Shown here one piece after another: positions 13,453 through 25,334 of a stretch of DNA of 64,000 nucleotides (the first letter of the stretch is position 1; every line of letters begins with the position of its first letter). A program made the translations under genes and the position numbers. Origin of the DNA: Octopus vulgaris (Eukaryota); NCBI GenBank assembly GCA_951406725.2, contig OX597827.1, forward strand, positions 15,190,001 through 15,254,000, in the 5' to 3' direction. The notes beneath the pieces are model-generated. The model was not told the origin of the DNA and made no database searches. It saw nothing but the letters and a program-made list of their open reading frames with translations.

Positions 13453-13559
13453 CATACATACACATATACATACATATATACATACATACACATATACATA
13501 CATACATACATACACATATACATACATACATACACACACATACACACATACACACATAT

Positions 13560-13602
<43 letters not shown>

Positions 13603-13783
13603 TATACATACACACACATACATACATATACATACACACACATACACACACACATACACACACATACACACACATACATACATATACATACACACACATA
13701 CGCACATACATATACATACACACACATACACACATATACATACACACACACACGCATACACACATACATACATATACATACAT

Positions 13784-13846
<63 letters not shown>

Positions 13847-13856
13847 TACATACATA
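13261..13856. repeat. (CA)/(TA)/(CATA) compound microsatellite
   Basis: Direct inspection; source of five spurious long ORFs. Confidence 0.95.
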
Positions 13857-14578
13857 TTGTTGTTTTATTAACGCTATAAATCGAAATTGTTTGAATGATA
13901 TTTTTTTTAAAACAGAAAAAATGTGGGGAGGAAGTTTTATATTAATGTTCATAGTTGTTAAAGTGGGCGGGAAGCAATAAAGTAGGAGATAATGGCAGAA
14001 GATAAAAAGACGATGTACATGTTAAAACGATAATGTATAAAACGGAAACAATACTCAGGAAAATATATAAAATATCGATCGATAGACAGACAGACAAGTG
14101 GGTGGGTGGGTGGATGTACGAGTGAGTGGACGAAAGAAAGAGGCGTTACATATTATCGTTTAAAACAGTTTGATTCGACCCCAATGCAATGTAAAGTCTT
14201 ATAGACTTCTTACAGAAACCTAATTCGTCGAATATCTCTCCATTCAGCTACCTGCGCTGAACGAGTTAGGATTCTGTAAAACTTTGAGTCGCATGGACCG
14301 AATCAATATATATATATATATATATATATATAATTCACTGCGGGGAGACTTTTTGAACACTGTGTATGTATGTGTATATATATATATATAATAGTTATCG
14401 CCATACTAATATGGCATTCTTATAAAAATAAGAAAAAAGCTGTCCGCTTATTAGCTCCATGAGGCCATCGCCTTAAGTTAGCTATTTGATACACAAACTG
14501 TATCCATATAACCTTCGAACAAGGGAGGTCAGTCGCTCCACACTACTTGACCGGCAGCTACACCTACTGGCTGGCTAC

Positions 14579-14620
14579 GCTGCATTGAAAAGGGGCAATA
14601 CCCCGAAACGCGTCTGTAGC
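14579..14620 (+). ncRNA. minimal type I hammerhead ribozyme (U3:A8 variant)
   Basis: gctgca-TTGAAAA-gggg(caata)cccc-GAAA-cgcg-TC-tgtagc: 6-bp stem I, 4-bp stem II, palindromic ACGCGT stem III, GUC site. Confidence 0.8.
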
Positions 14621-14940
14621 TGCCGGTCAAGTAGTGTGGAGCGACTGACCTCCCTTGTTCGAAGGTTATATGGATACAGTTTGTGTATCAAATAGCTAAC
14701 TTAAGGCGATGGCCTCATGGAGCTAATAAGCGGACAGCTTTTTTCTTATTTTTATAAGAATGCCATATTAGTATGGCGATAACTATTATTTTCCGGGAAC
14801 GCTGCCGCTGTTCTCTTTTAGAGAGACTTAGTTATTTTAATATTTCTATTATTGAAAACAAGTGGATGTATTCCACCGAAACTAGGTAAATAAAACCATC
14901 GAACAGAGATTGTCGGAAGCGACACCTACTGGCTGGCTAC

Positions 14941-14982
14941 GCTGCATTGAAAAGGGGCAATACCCCGAAACGCGTCTGTAGC
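14941..14982 (+). ncRNA. second copy of the minimal hammerhead ribozyme
   Basis: Identical to 14579-14620, 362 nt downstream. Confidence 0.8.
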
Positions 14983-15202
14983 TGCCGGTCAAGTAGTGTG
15001 GAACGACTGACCTCCCTTGTTCGAAGGTTATATGGATACAGTTTGTGTATCAAATAGCTAACTTAAGGCGATGGCCTCATGGAGCTAATAAGCGGACAGC
15101 TTTTTTCTTATTTTTATAAGAATGCCATATTAGTATGGCGATAACTATTATTTTCCGGGAACGCTGCCGCTGTTCTCTTTTAGAGAGACTTAGTTATTTT
15201 AA

Positions 15203-15270
<68 letters not shown>

Positions 15271-15278
15271 TACATATA

Positions 15279-15510
15279 CAGAGTGTTCAAAAAGTCTCTC
15301 CGCAGTTAATTTTTTCAAACACATCACCATGGCGCTATCTCAAGAGTTTTTCGGTGAACGGATTATTTCGAAGAGACTTTGACCACTAAAATCACCTGAT
15401 TTAACACCGCCAGACTTTTTTTTTCTGGAGAGCAAGTAAAGGATCATTGTACAATAATCTCCCGAAGACCATTAAATACTTACTGCGGAGAGACATTTTT
15501 TTAATACCCT
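15279..15510 (+). mobile_element. short rosa-like Tc1/mariner deletion derivative
   Basis: TIRs cagagtgttcaaaaagtctctccgcagt / actgcggagagacatttt; remnant FGERIISKRL*PLKSPDLTPPDFFFW; a lone TIR lies at 14337-14363. Confidence 0.7.
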
Positions 15511-15761
15511 TTATTCCACGTTGCTCCAGTCCACTTAACTGGTAAAAAAGAGTAGTACCTGCATTTCAAAGGGGCCAGCCTTGTCACACTGTGTCACGCT
15601 GAATCTCCCCGAGAACTACGTTAAGGGTACACGTGTCTATGGTGTGCCCACACACTTGCACGTTAATTTCACGAGGAAGATGTTCGATTGATCGTATCAG
15701 CTGGGACCTTCGTCGTCGTATGTATGTATGTATGTATACATATATATAGAAACAAAGATAT

Positions 15762-15839
15762 TTTATTACACACGGGCAGAAATATGGGAAAAATATAGAA
15801 GACGTCTTTCTATTTGAACTTTTTGAAAATCAGTGTAAA
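15762..15839 (-). other. candidate terminal exon
   Basis: Acceptor ctgttttacag|, then AATAAA at 15767-15762 overlapping an in-frame TAA. Confidence 0.35.
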
Positions 15840-16206
15840 CTGTAAAACAGGTTAAAACTTCAAATACTTTAATAAAAGATATTTTAACTATTCTCAGTGC
15901 ATTTTCAGCTTCTATTTTTCCTATGTGTGTGTGTGTACATACATACATACATACATATATATACACACACACACACACACATACGTGTGTGTGTTGTCAA
16001 TGTGCACCAGAAATATCCACTTGTTTTATATTACTCAGAAGAAATTATAAAAGCCACTCACACATTATTTTGAAATGCATTAATGTGATAAAGATTCGTT
16101 TGTTACAACCGAAACGAAAAATTGCCGGTGACAAATAGACTCAAAGAAGACATTTTTTTAAGGGTAATTTCAAAACATATTTAGCAGAAATCAGTTTTTT
16201 TTTCTT

Positions 16207-16248
<42 letters not shown>

Positions 16249-16251
<3 letters not shown>

Positions 16252-16436
16252 GGTCCCGGGGTGAGTCGGGGTTAACCACAGTAAATAAGGTACTCAATAC
16301 ATAGCAGAGTAAAATAATTTATTTTATTTTATAGAAGGAGCTTCTACAGGACTAGAACTGTTTCATTCAAATGAAATCTTCAGGAAGATTTCATTTGAAT
16401 GAAACAGTTCTAGTCCTGTAGAAGCTCCTTCTATAA

Positions 16437-16446
<10 letters not shown>
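16249..16446 (-). mobile_element. palindromic Penelope-like terminus with hammerhead core at its centre
   Basis: Arms about 16325-16381 and 16384-16441. Minus strand reads CTGAAGA-tttcatttgaat-GAAA-cagttctag-TC. Flanked by (TA)n. Confidence 0.7.
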
Positions 16447-16474
<28 letters not shown>

Positions 16475-16659
16475 GTGTCGCAAATATAGATATTAATCAA
16501 AACACATTAAGAATTTAATTCCTAAAACAGACCACTCGGCAAGAATATAGTTAGAAATTACAAACCTATCCAAATGAATATAAACATAAACATATAAATA
16601 CACAAATAACAAGTGATGCTTCCGTATTTCCGGGGCCAGATGAAAGTAAAAATGCTTAC

Positions 16660-16685
16660 CTTGTCGAAAGTTAAGCTGAATTTTC
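16660..16685 (-). other. candidate 26-nt micro-exon
   Basis: ttccattttccag|gaaaattcagcttaactttcgacaag|gtaagc in non-repetitive sequence. Confidence 0.5.
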
Positions 16686-17118
16686 CTGGAAAATGGAATT
16701 ATTAAGGATCGAGTGTTGATGTAGAAAATTAAATGAATTAACGAAGAATTCAAATAATTTCCGCAATGAACAGTAAATTACATAATAACATAAAAGCATC
16801 CTGTTTGCCATTTTCATTCTGTAATATGTATTTATTTGTTTTATTTAGTATCATGCATTTCCGTCAATTCGGACAGCTACTCGACACTTCCTATATCGAC
16901 ATCCGTTGTAAAAAAAAATTATAGATTTTTGATTAAATACATGTAATAAACCATTTGAATCCTTTACAAGACAAAATATTTAAACATATTTAACTGAAAA
17001 AAAAAAAATTTTATCTACTAATAACCAACATGGTATGCTGCAAAAGCATTCACAATCACTCAAGTACAATCTTGATTAGACGCTTCAACAAAATAGATAT
17101 TATTAGCCATAATAATAT

Positions 17119-17508
17119 AGGCGCAGGAGTGGCTGTGTGGTAAGTTGCTTGTTTACCAACCACATGGCTCCGGGCACCTTGGGCAAGTGTCTTCTACTAT
17201 GGCCTCGGGCCGACCAAAGCCTTGTGAGTGGATTTGGTAGACGGAAACTGAAAGAAGCCCGTCGTATATATGTATATGTATGTATGTGAATGTGTTTGTG
17301 TGTCTGTGTTTGTACCCCTAGCATTGCTTGACAACCGATGTTGGTGTGTTTATGTCCCCGTTACTTAGCGGTTCGGCAAAACAGACCGATAGAATAAGTA
17401 CTGGGCTTGCAAAAGAATAAGTCCCGGGGTCGAGTTGCTCGATTAAAGGCGGTGCTCCAGCATGGCCGCAGTCAAATGACTGGAACAAGTAAAAGAGTAT
17501 AAAAGAAT
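17119..17508 (+). mobile_element. SINE family A (small deletion in head)
   Basis: Similarity to the other copies. Confidence 0.9.
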
Positions 17509-17519
17509 AAACGGTTATA

Positions 17520-18228
17520 ATAATAATAATAATAATTAATTCTTTTACTGGCCACAAGGGCTGACAAAAATTAATTATAACATAAAGGGACAAAACACAG
17601 GACAAGAGTTACAAAGGGTTTTGTCCGTTTGTAAAAATCCGTGTAAAAAACAGTGTAACAATGAAAATATTTAACAATGAAAAACTCCCAATAGGGGGAG
17701 GCGCTTCGAAAGGTTCCTGGTGGAAAAACCCATAAAATCCACGGGAGCCTGGTCAAAAGCGGGGTAGAGAGCCTCTTTCTCCTTTTGTAATACCTTTTTC
17801 TTACAGGTGTATCCTCAGAATGGCTCCTTTCATACTGGCCATTCTTGCGACATTTATCCACCCTTCAATAAATTTGCCACGAGACATCACTTCCCTCTCT
17901 ACTCTCATCTTCCTTTTCAAGTGAAACTTGAAAAAGTTGATGAGGCCTGGGCCAAAGAGGAAAGTGTCTGACCTTAGCCCTTGCAAACGGGTCCACTTCT
18001 TTTGCTACAGCCACTAGGCAAAGGAAAACTGCCTTGCTCTCCCGGTAAAGGAGGTCGGCGGGGCAATCTTCACTATGGATTCAGCTGATAGCCGGATCCA
18101 TCCTATATGCAACAGTAGCTGTTCGACATAAACCCATAGTTCAGCAATACTCGGACACTGGACGAGTGCGTGCAGAATGGTTTCGTCGTCCTGGCAGCAC
18201 CTCCCCTCAAAATTGCTCGTTGTGTGCA
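17520..18228 (-). mobile_element. Tx1/L1-clade LINE 3' end
   Basis: RCCQDDETILHALVQCP (C-terminal CCHC knuckle), LINFFKFHLKRKMRVERE, then a 3' UTR; (AAT)n on both sides. Confidence 0.8.
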
Positions 18229-18286
18229 AAAATAATAATATTAGTAATAATGATTTCTTTTATTTGCCCCTTGAAAGAAAGCTCAC

Positions 18287-18332
18287 CTATTGATAGGTGT
18301 AGCAGTAGTATGTCCCTTTAACATCAAAGTAA
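18287..18332 (-). other. candidate 46-nt micro-exon
   Basis: tctgttttcttttcag|ttactttgATG..caatag|gtgagc. Confidence 0.55.
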
Positions 18333-18426
18333 CTGAAAAGAAAACAGATAAGATTAGTGGATACCAGTACTTTCGGGTTTAGGCTGCAAGAATGTAGTAC
18401 CGCAGCAAAGTCTGAGTCATTCTTAC

Positions 18427-18462
18427 CATGGAAGGATCACTTGGCACAGCGAGACTAGCAGA
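18427..18462 (-). other. candidate 36-nt micro-exon
   Basis: ttttctccactcatctttccag|tctgc..ccatg|gtaaga. Confidence 0.55.
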
Positions 18463-18839
18463 CTGGAAAGATGAGTGGAGAAAATTGGAATTGAAATCAA
18501 AACATCACTGCTTCAAAAAAAAACTTGTTTCTTAGGGACGGGGAGAATCATACGGTTATCTGAGGTCACAGGAAGTGACCTGATACCAAGAAAATTGACC
18601 GGCTAAATTGCATTTAAAAAGCTGTGATAAGGAAGATAACAACAGCAGCAGCAATACTATTGTAGATATTCTGAATGTCCGTTTCATTTCAAATTGCAAT
18701 CTCTTGAACAGATACGAATCAGGCTAAATTAATTAGCAAAGGATATTATCCTCAGCTTGGCGACAGGCTTCTTCAATTTCGAGACATGCTGTTACCAAGC
18801 CCCAAATTAGTATGTAATAGCTTTTGTTGAATAATACTT

Positions 18840-19355
18840 GTACATTGTTTTGTAATGTTATGTAAATTGTTTTGTTTTGGTATAAAATATGGGCTACAGT
18901 AAATATTCTGCTCAATACCACAGATTTGCTTGTCAGTTGTTTGACCTTAACCAGTTGAGCATGTCCCTTAGTGGCTGACGATATGTGCATCTCTGATCAC
19001 AAGCAGAAGTAGTTGGGGAGCATCATAGCAGTGTGGTGAGAGAAATTCACCTCTGGAAACATGGGTGTTTCGTTCATCATCTTTAAACAATCCTTATTCA
19101 GGTAGCTTTTGTGCGGAATGGGTTACTCGACCTGAAGAAAATTTTAACTGGGCCCTACCTGCAAGATCATGTGCTGTTAATCTTTATAATCTTTAAATGA
19201 GATCACCATGTCACGCACATATGGTTGTGATGCATGTACCTGGTGTACCCTTATCAGACGGGTGGTCATGATGGATATAGTGGATTTCGTATATTTTACC
19301 TCAGTGTCACTTTGATGGCATGCACTGCTCTCTCAATAATAATAATAATAATAAC
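18840..19355 (+). mobile_element. interspersed repeat, probable retroposon 3' UTR with (AAT)n tail
   Basis: Ends in (AAT)n; resembles a common octopod repeat as I recall it; family not assigned. Confidence 0.45.
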
Positions 19356-21169
19356 AATCCTTTCTATTAAAGGCCCAAGACCTGAAATTTTGGGGAAGGG
19401 ACTAGTCAATTACATCAGCTCCAGTGTTTCACTGGTACTTAATATATCGACCCCGGAAGGCAAAATCGACCTCCGCAGAATTTGAACTCAGAACGTAAAA
19501 ACGGACGAAATACTGCTAAGCATTTTGACCGACGTGCTTAAGGATTCTACCAGCTCGCCGACAATCCTGAAATCTTGGGGAGGGAGATAGTCGATTACAT
19601 CAACTGGTACTTATTTTATCAACCCCTTAAAGGATGAAAGGCAAAGTTGACCTCGGCAAAATTTGAACTCGGAACGTTGACAGCCGTAGCAAATAAGAAT
19701 TATGTCATATCTTATTGCCTCTCATACTGGTCTTGTATTACGTAAGTTCTTGGACGCTTACAACAGCTGACCGTTTGTGAATAAACTTCATTCTCAATTT
19801 TTCTATATAAAAATAGTGAGTCGAGACATTTCAGTAAAGTATTTGATGAATTTATCTTTTATGTATATACAGAAAGAAATATTTGCTTCAGACAGAGACA
19901 TTAATGTTTATTCTCGACACTGAACCTTTTATCATTAGATCCCCGTCGTTATTTGAAATATGAATGGCACGGACATAGAAATAAGAGGAACAACTGTTGT
20001 ATTACGTGATAAAAATACATTAGCATATTTATTTCAGTGTTACATAGACAAGCTCTTATAAAGAGGACATTTATGCAGCTTATGAATATATTAACACTGA
20101 AATTCATACCCATGAAATTTGGGTTAATCCTACGTGCATTAAATCACGTTCGATCAGCGAATCGCGTAACTTTTTTCTGAGAGCAATTTTTGCATCTGAA
20201 CTTCTGGTGAAAACAGTCTTTGGGCTTCCAATATAAAATAAATAAATAAATAAATAAAACTGTATAAATCGAGAGATTTGACCGAGAAAAAAGGCAACCA
20301 TTTAGAAAGAAAACAGAACGGAGCTGCCGACTCAATATTTTTAAATCTCCGTCAAGCAGAAAATAACCCATTAAGTTTGCTTTCAAATTCGTATAGCGTA
20401 AGTTATATAGATTTTTATCATATAAATCGCTTTATTAATCAAATTTAACGGTAGTTGGTTTTATAAATTATGTACGAAGCGTAGTTTACAAAAGAGTGAA
20501 TTTCATTAGTTTCGGAAAAGTTGATCTGAAAGACGAGCGGCGTCTCAGTTGTCAAAAGGTTCATAAAACCGCAAGTGTAAAAAGGTTCACGAAAAATACA
20601 ATTTCAAAATTAAATTAATTATAGTTCCACTGAGTGTCACTTTGGGGGCAAATGTCTTCTACCTTATAGCGCTGGGATAATCAACGGCATGAGAGCGAAT
20701 ATTCTTGACGGAAACTGTGTGGAAGCCCATCTTATATTCGCGCGCGCGCGTGTGTGCGTGTGTGCGTGTGTGCGTGTGTATCTTGCAGGCATGAAGTGGA
20801 TTCGATCCTAGATAGCTAAATTTAAATTCAACAAAACTTTTCTCACGGTGGAACAATGGTTTTTCAGTGACAGCAGTTTAACATATACCAGATGCCTTTA
20901 GCTAGGCCGAAATAATATCTTCACCACTTGACCCTTTCTCACCTCTTCTACTTCACTAAAAGCTAGAATTAAGAAAATAAGTACCACCAACGAAATCTTA
21001 TTGTTCTCACCGATATGCCTATCCATCTGGATAGTTCTAAAAGCAAGAACCCCAAGCAGTTAGTCACTCGGTAACAACTCGTGAGTTGAGAGAGAGCTAA
21101 CATCAGTTAGTGAGCCGACCACTAGCAGGCATACAAGCGGCCAGATGGAAAAAGAAAGTTTACAGTCAA

Positions 21170-21909
21170 TTTCTTTATTCGCCATAAGGTTGAGAAAAAG
21201 AGGGGACGATACGAGGACAGACAAAACAAACGTTGGGGTCTGGGGATCGAATGAGACGAAACGTATGAATAAACAAACAATTAAAATATATACAATTAAA
21301 TGAGAATGATTGATTTACAAAAAATGAAGCGGAGGACGCAGTCGACCCCACAAAACACATACTCATACTGAAGACTTTGCTTTCTCCTTTTTATATTTTC
21401 GTTTAAACAGGTTCTTTCACTCGCAACATACTTGCTATAGACTTCCATCTTTTACGAAACACACTTTGCGACAGGCATTTCTTCTCCAGCCTTATTTTCC
21501 GTTTCATGTGGAAAACGAAAAAGTCGATTAGCTCGAGACTGGAGATGAACATGCCTGTTGCAATTCCTTTCACTCTCGTCTTCCATACTACCTCTTTCGC
21601 AACCGCAACTACCGAGAGAAAACAGGCTCGCTCCTCCCTACTCAGGGAGGTCAGCGGAACGATCTTAATTACAGATTCGCTCGACAGTTGTACTCTTCTC
21701 GAATGCGACAGCAGGTGTTCGACATAAGCCCAGAGCTCAGTTACCTTGGGGCATTGCACAATCGCGTGCAGGACAGTTTCACTGACTGTCCTGCTCGCAT
21801 CTTGCACAAACCGGCGAAGGCGCACACCCATGTCTAAAGAGCTTATCTCGAACCGGTAAAGCTCCTCTGTAAAATTGCCAGTGCGACAATATGATACAAC
21901 TTTCCACAC
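21170..21909 (-). mobile_element. second Tx1/L1-clade LINE family, 3' end
   Basis: ETVLHAIVQCPKVTELWAYVE..KEVVWKTR..FHMKRKIRLEK..FRKRW, homologous to the 17.5-18.2 kb protein; the UTR ends at AATAAA. Confidence 0.8.
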
Positions 21910-22278
21910 CCTCTACTTTCACTTTCTCTTCTCTGCACATTACTATATCTCACTCTATGGATTACTACTACAATAAGAATATACAGGCCGAAATTAACCT
22001 TTGTTTCTTCGCATGCACTAGGATTTTATCACCTGCCCTCGAGACAAGGTATTGTTTAATGTAACGGTAAAATAAATATTTTCTTCACAACTTCAATCAC
22101 TGTTCTTTCGTCTTTACATAATAGCAATCAACAAAGAACCAATCCTTACAAACAGATTACATTCTATCCTACTGTGTATCAATTATCGTTTTTCATACTA
22201 TTGCTTACAAATTAATTTCAACCGTAAAAAAAAAAATTAATCTTCAACGTCATATATATATATATATATATATATATA

Positions 22279-23463
22279 CTAGCATTATGATCCGGCGTTG
22301 CCGGGTCATAGCGCTAGTTTGGTATAAATTTGTTAAATTAAAAATTTGGAGTAATAAAACATACAATGACATATTAAAAAGACGAATTAAAATTCCAGAG
22401 AAAAATACATAGAAGATAAATATACAAATTTACAAAAATACATAAAAGTTCATCTACGGGCCGTTTCGGAGATGCGCCAATTAATATGAAACATATAATA
22501 TATTTAAAATTGACACTCCCCTCGTCAGGATGTTTTTTTACACACAACACATAGTACACGGAAACAAATGCACAATTACGTAGCGGCTACATGCGAAAGA
22601 CCAGACATTACGTACTCCCAAAAATTCTCATAGATACTGAATGCTACTTTATAAGCATGTAATTCAATCTAGCAGCTATAGTAAATGGTATGCGCACAGC
22701 TGGACTAATTCACTTCTGCACTCAATTAAATTTTTAATCGTTTGATTTCTCCCATTCATGCAAAGCCAAATATTCGAGTTCAAGTCCTTGATACATTTTA
22801 TACTAATTGCTATTTTTTCTTTAGTTTTATTTTAATTACTACTTTCTATATTTACTATATTTAATTCAATTGTTATTATTACCTCTAACTTTTATTGCTA
22901 TTTTTATTTCTAAATTTCTTATGGAACGTCGAGTGGATCTTATGCGTACAATATATTTTTATATGATGTTTATATATTACTATATATTTCTAAACGTCAG
23001 GCTTTATATCTGTTCTGTAGATATATATGAATATATGTATGTGTTTGATCTTTCTGTGGATTTTGTAGTGCTCTTGTAGTTGCTGCTCGCATTGCTTCCC
23101 CTCGGATTAAAAAGTGTATACAGCTCATTTGAGCGCTACTATTCCAGTCTCTTATACATTTTGAGCGTTGTTGTCACTAACGATCTCAAGATATAACTTT
23201 ATATTTTGTAATATATACATATATATATACATCCATATACATACAATAGAGAGATATTTTTGTTTCACTTTTAACACGTAATACTGAAATAGTGGAGAAG
23301 ATATGATATTGCTGTGAGCTCGCCCTAGGCAAGAAGTTGAACATTTTTTTGCCCATGAAACTACATGGACCCTAAGTAAGGCATGTGTAAAATTTGAATG
23401 AAATTGGTTGTGTAGTTCTCAAGTTTTAGGGAAACACACAGACAGACAGACACACATTCTCAG

Positions 23464-23465
<2 letters not shown>
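22279..23465 (-). mobile_element. non-autonomous Helitron with about 1 kb of internal cargo
   Basis: 3' hairpin gacccggcaacgccggatc plus CTAG at the left; Helitron-like 5' region (tgtgtgtctgtctgtctgtg) at the right; TA flanks. Confidence 0.65.
22451..22532 (-). ncRNA. type I hammerhead ribozyme, canonical core
   Basis: catc-CTGACGA-ggggagtgtcaatt..aattggcgcatctcc-GAAA-cggcccg-TA-gatg. Confidence 0.8.
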
Positions 23466-23499
<34 letters not shown>

Positions 23500-23514
<15 letters not shown>

Positions 23515-24011
23515 TGCAATTGTGTAAGTGTCTGTCCCCTTCGATTTAGATTCTTAACTACTCCCACATTTTGCGGTGCAGTTTAACCAAATTCGGGTAT
23601 CTTATAGTCGTGATTCACATCGAGCCCGTCTGGCTATTAGCGCGCGTCTACGATGAGTCTACGATTTTAAAAATAATTTAACATCATTTTTTATTCCATT
23701 TTAATGCATATTTTTTCGTGTGTCGATGGCGGCGGAGTTGGCGTCCATGGTCACACCTGCACCTGTGTTGCTTCTCCCTCTTCTTCCCTCCCTCGTGAAG
23801 CTGTGGGGAAGGGAGTGTAAGGAAATCAACGTCGTAAAGCGTTGTCAAGGAGACCAGCGTTCTTTTAGAACAACGACTTCATGGCTTGAAGACACCAAAA
23901 CAGAAATGGCTAAGAAAGCCCGAATTGGCATCTATAAGGGAAGTAACTCTCTAAAAATGCTTATATAGTTATTTCCCTTACAAACCCGAGCAACGCCGGG
24001 CGATACTGCTA

Positions 24012-24012
<1 letters not shown>
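23500..24012 (+). mobile_element. non-autonomous Helitron, long variant
   Basis: Same ends as the 3580 copy, with an extra segment of about 215 bp (23718-23932). Confidence 0.85.
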
Positions 24013-24065
<53 letters not shown>

Positions 24066-24066
24066 A

Positions 24067-25334
24067 TTGGGTCATTCCATAAATAATGCGTTTATTTTTA
24101 TAGTTCTTTTATTTTTCAAAATTAAGATAAATAAAGTTCTTTGTTAATCTAAAATATACTCTCCATTTTCTACAATGCTCTTCCATCTATCTGGTAGACT
24201 TGCAAAACCCTCTTCTAAAATTCACTTGTCCGTAACGAAAAATGCCCATTCAGTATTGTTTTGACTTCGTTTACAGAATTCATATTTTTTCCGTCCAAAT
24301 GATTTTGAAACATGCGAAATAAACGATAATCAGATGGGGTAATGTCCGGCGAATATGGTGGGTGGGCATTGTTACCCATTCAAACTGCTCCAGCCTTTGG
24401 AATGTCATCCTTGCTGTATGTGAGCCGAGCATTATCCTGATTGAAGAACACCTTTCGTCTTGAAACCAAAGGTGATCGTTTTTCTTCCAGCGCTGACTTA
24501 AGGTACTCGAGCTGCTCGCAGAAGATCTCCCTTGTTATCGTCTGGTTTGTGTTTAAAAGTTCAAAATGGACTAAACCTTTCATATCCCACCAGACAGATA
24601 ACAACAGCTTACGTGGGTGGAGACCTTCTTTAGCTTGGGGTGCCACTGTTTCTCCTTTCCCTACCCACTGTTTTCGGCGCTTGGCATTTTTATAGAGAAC
24701 ACATTTCTCATCACCAGTTACTTTTCGGTGCAAAAACGGTTCATTCGGGGTAGGTGCCAGCAAAGAAGAGCACACATTCACTCTCTGTGCACGATTAGAT
24801 TCAGAAAGTTTGTAAGGAACCCATTGACCCAATTTTCTAATTTTTATGATGGCTCACAGGTGTTGATGAATGGTTGAATGACCAAATCCAAGCTTTTCTG
24901 CTAGTTCCTCAACAGTTACGATGGGATTTTGATCCACCAGGGTTTGCAGGACGTCCTCGCCGAGCTCTACAGATCATTCAGGATGAGACTCGTTTTCTAG
25001 GCTGTAGTTTCCGGCTCGGAATTTCTGGAACCACCATTGACACTAGTTTACTATTATTGTCCGATTCCCACACACTACATTAATATTCCTCACACTTTCT
25101 GTTGCGATGTTGCCTTTATTGAATTCATAAAGCAAAATATGCCGAATGAGCTTCTTTGTCACTTGCATTATGGTTTTGAAAAAAATTGCACTCTTCATAA
25201 CTTACACTAAGAATAAGTACAAGGTAAAATTAGTACCTGCTTTTATAGCAAGTTGATGCAGGTAGTTTATCCCGTTCCCTTCCGACTTTAATTCAAGTAA
25301 TTGAAAGAGCGGCAATTTTTATGGGATGACCCAA
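24067..25334 (-). mobile_element. full-length mariner (DD34D) element with disabled transposase (about 25168-24146)
   Basis: TIRs ttgggtcattccataaa / tttatgggatgacccaa with TA TSD; MQVTKKLIRHILLYEF, WVPYKL, VTGDEKCVLY, QDNAR, HPPYSPDITPSDY; several stops and frameshifts. Confidence 0.93.

Larger units (their letters stand above)
14389..15210 (+). mobile_element. non-autonomous Penelope-like element / retrozyme: inverted arm plus tandem 362-bp unit
   Basis: 14389-14562 is the reverse complement of 14615-14788; about 14560-14849 is repeated at 14922-15211; flanked by (TA)n. Confidence 0.85.

Noticed and set aside
13202-13980. Five ORFs longer than 170 aa
   Set aside because: CA/TA microsatellite.
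18333-18553. Intronic snoRNAs in the micro-exon introns
   Set aside because: No convincing C/D or H/ACA box pairs seen.
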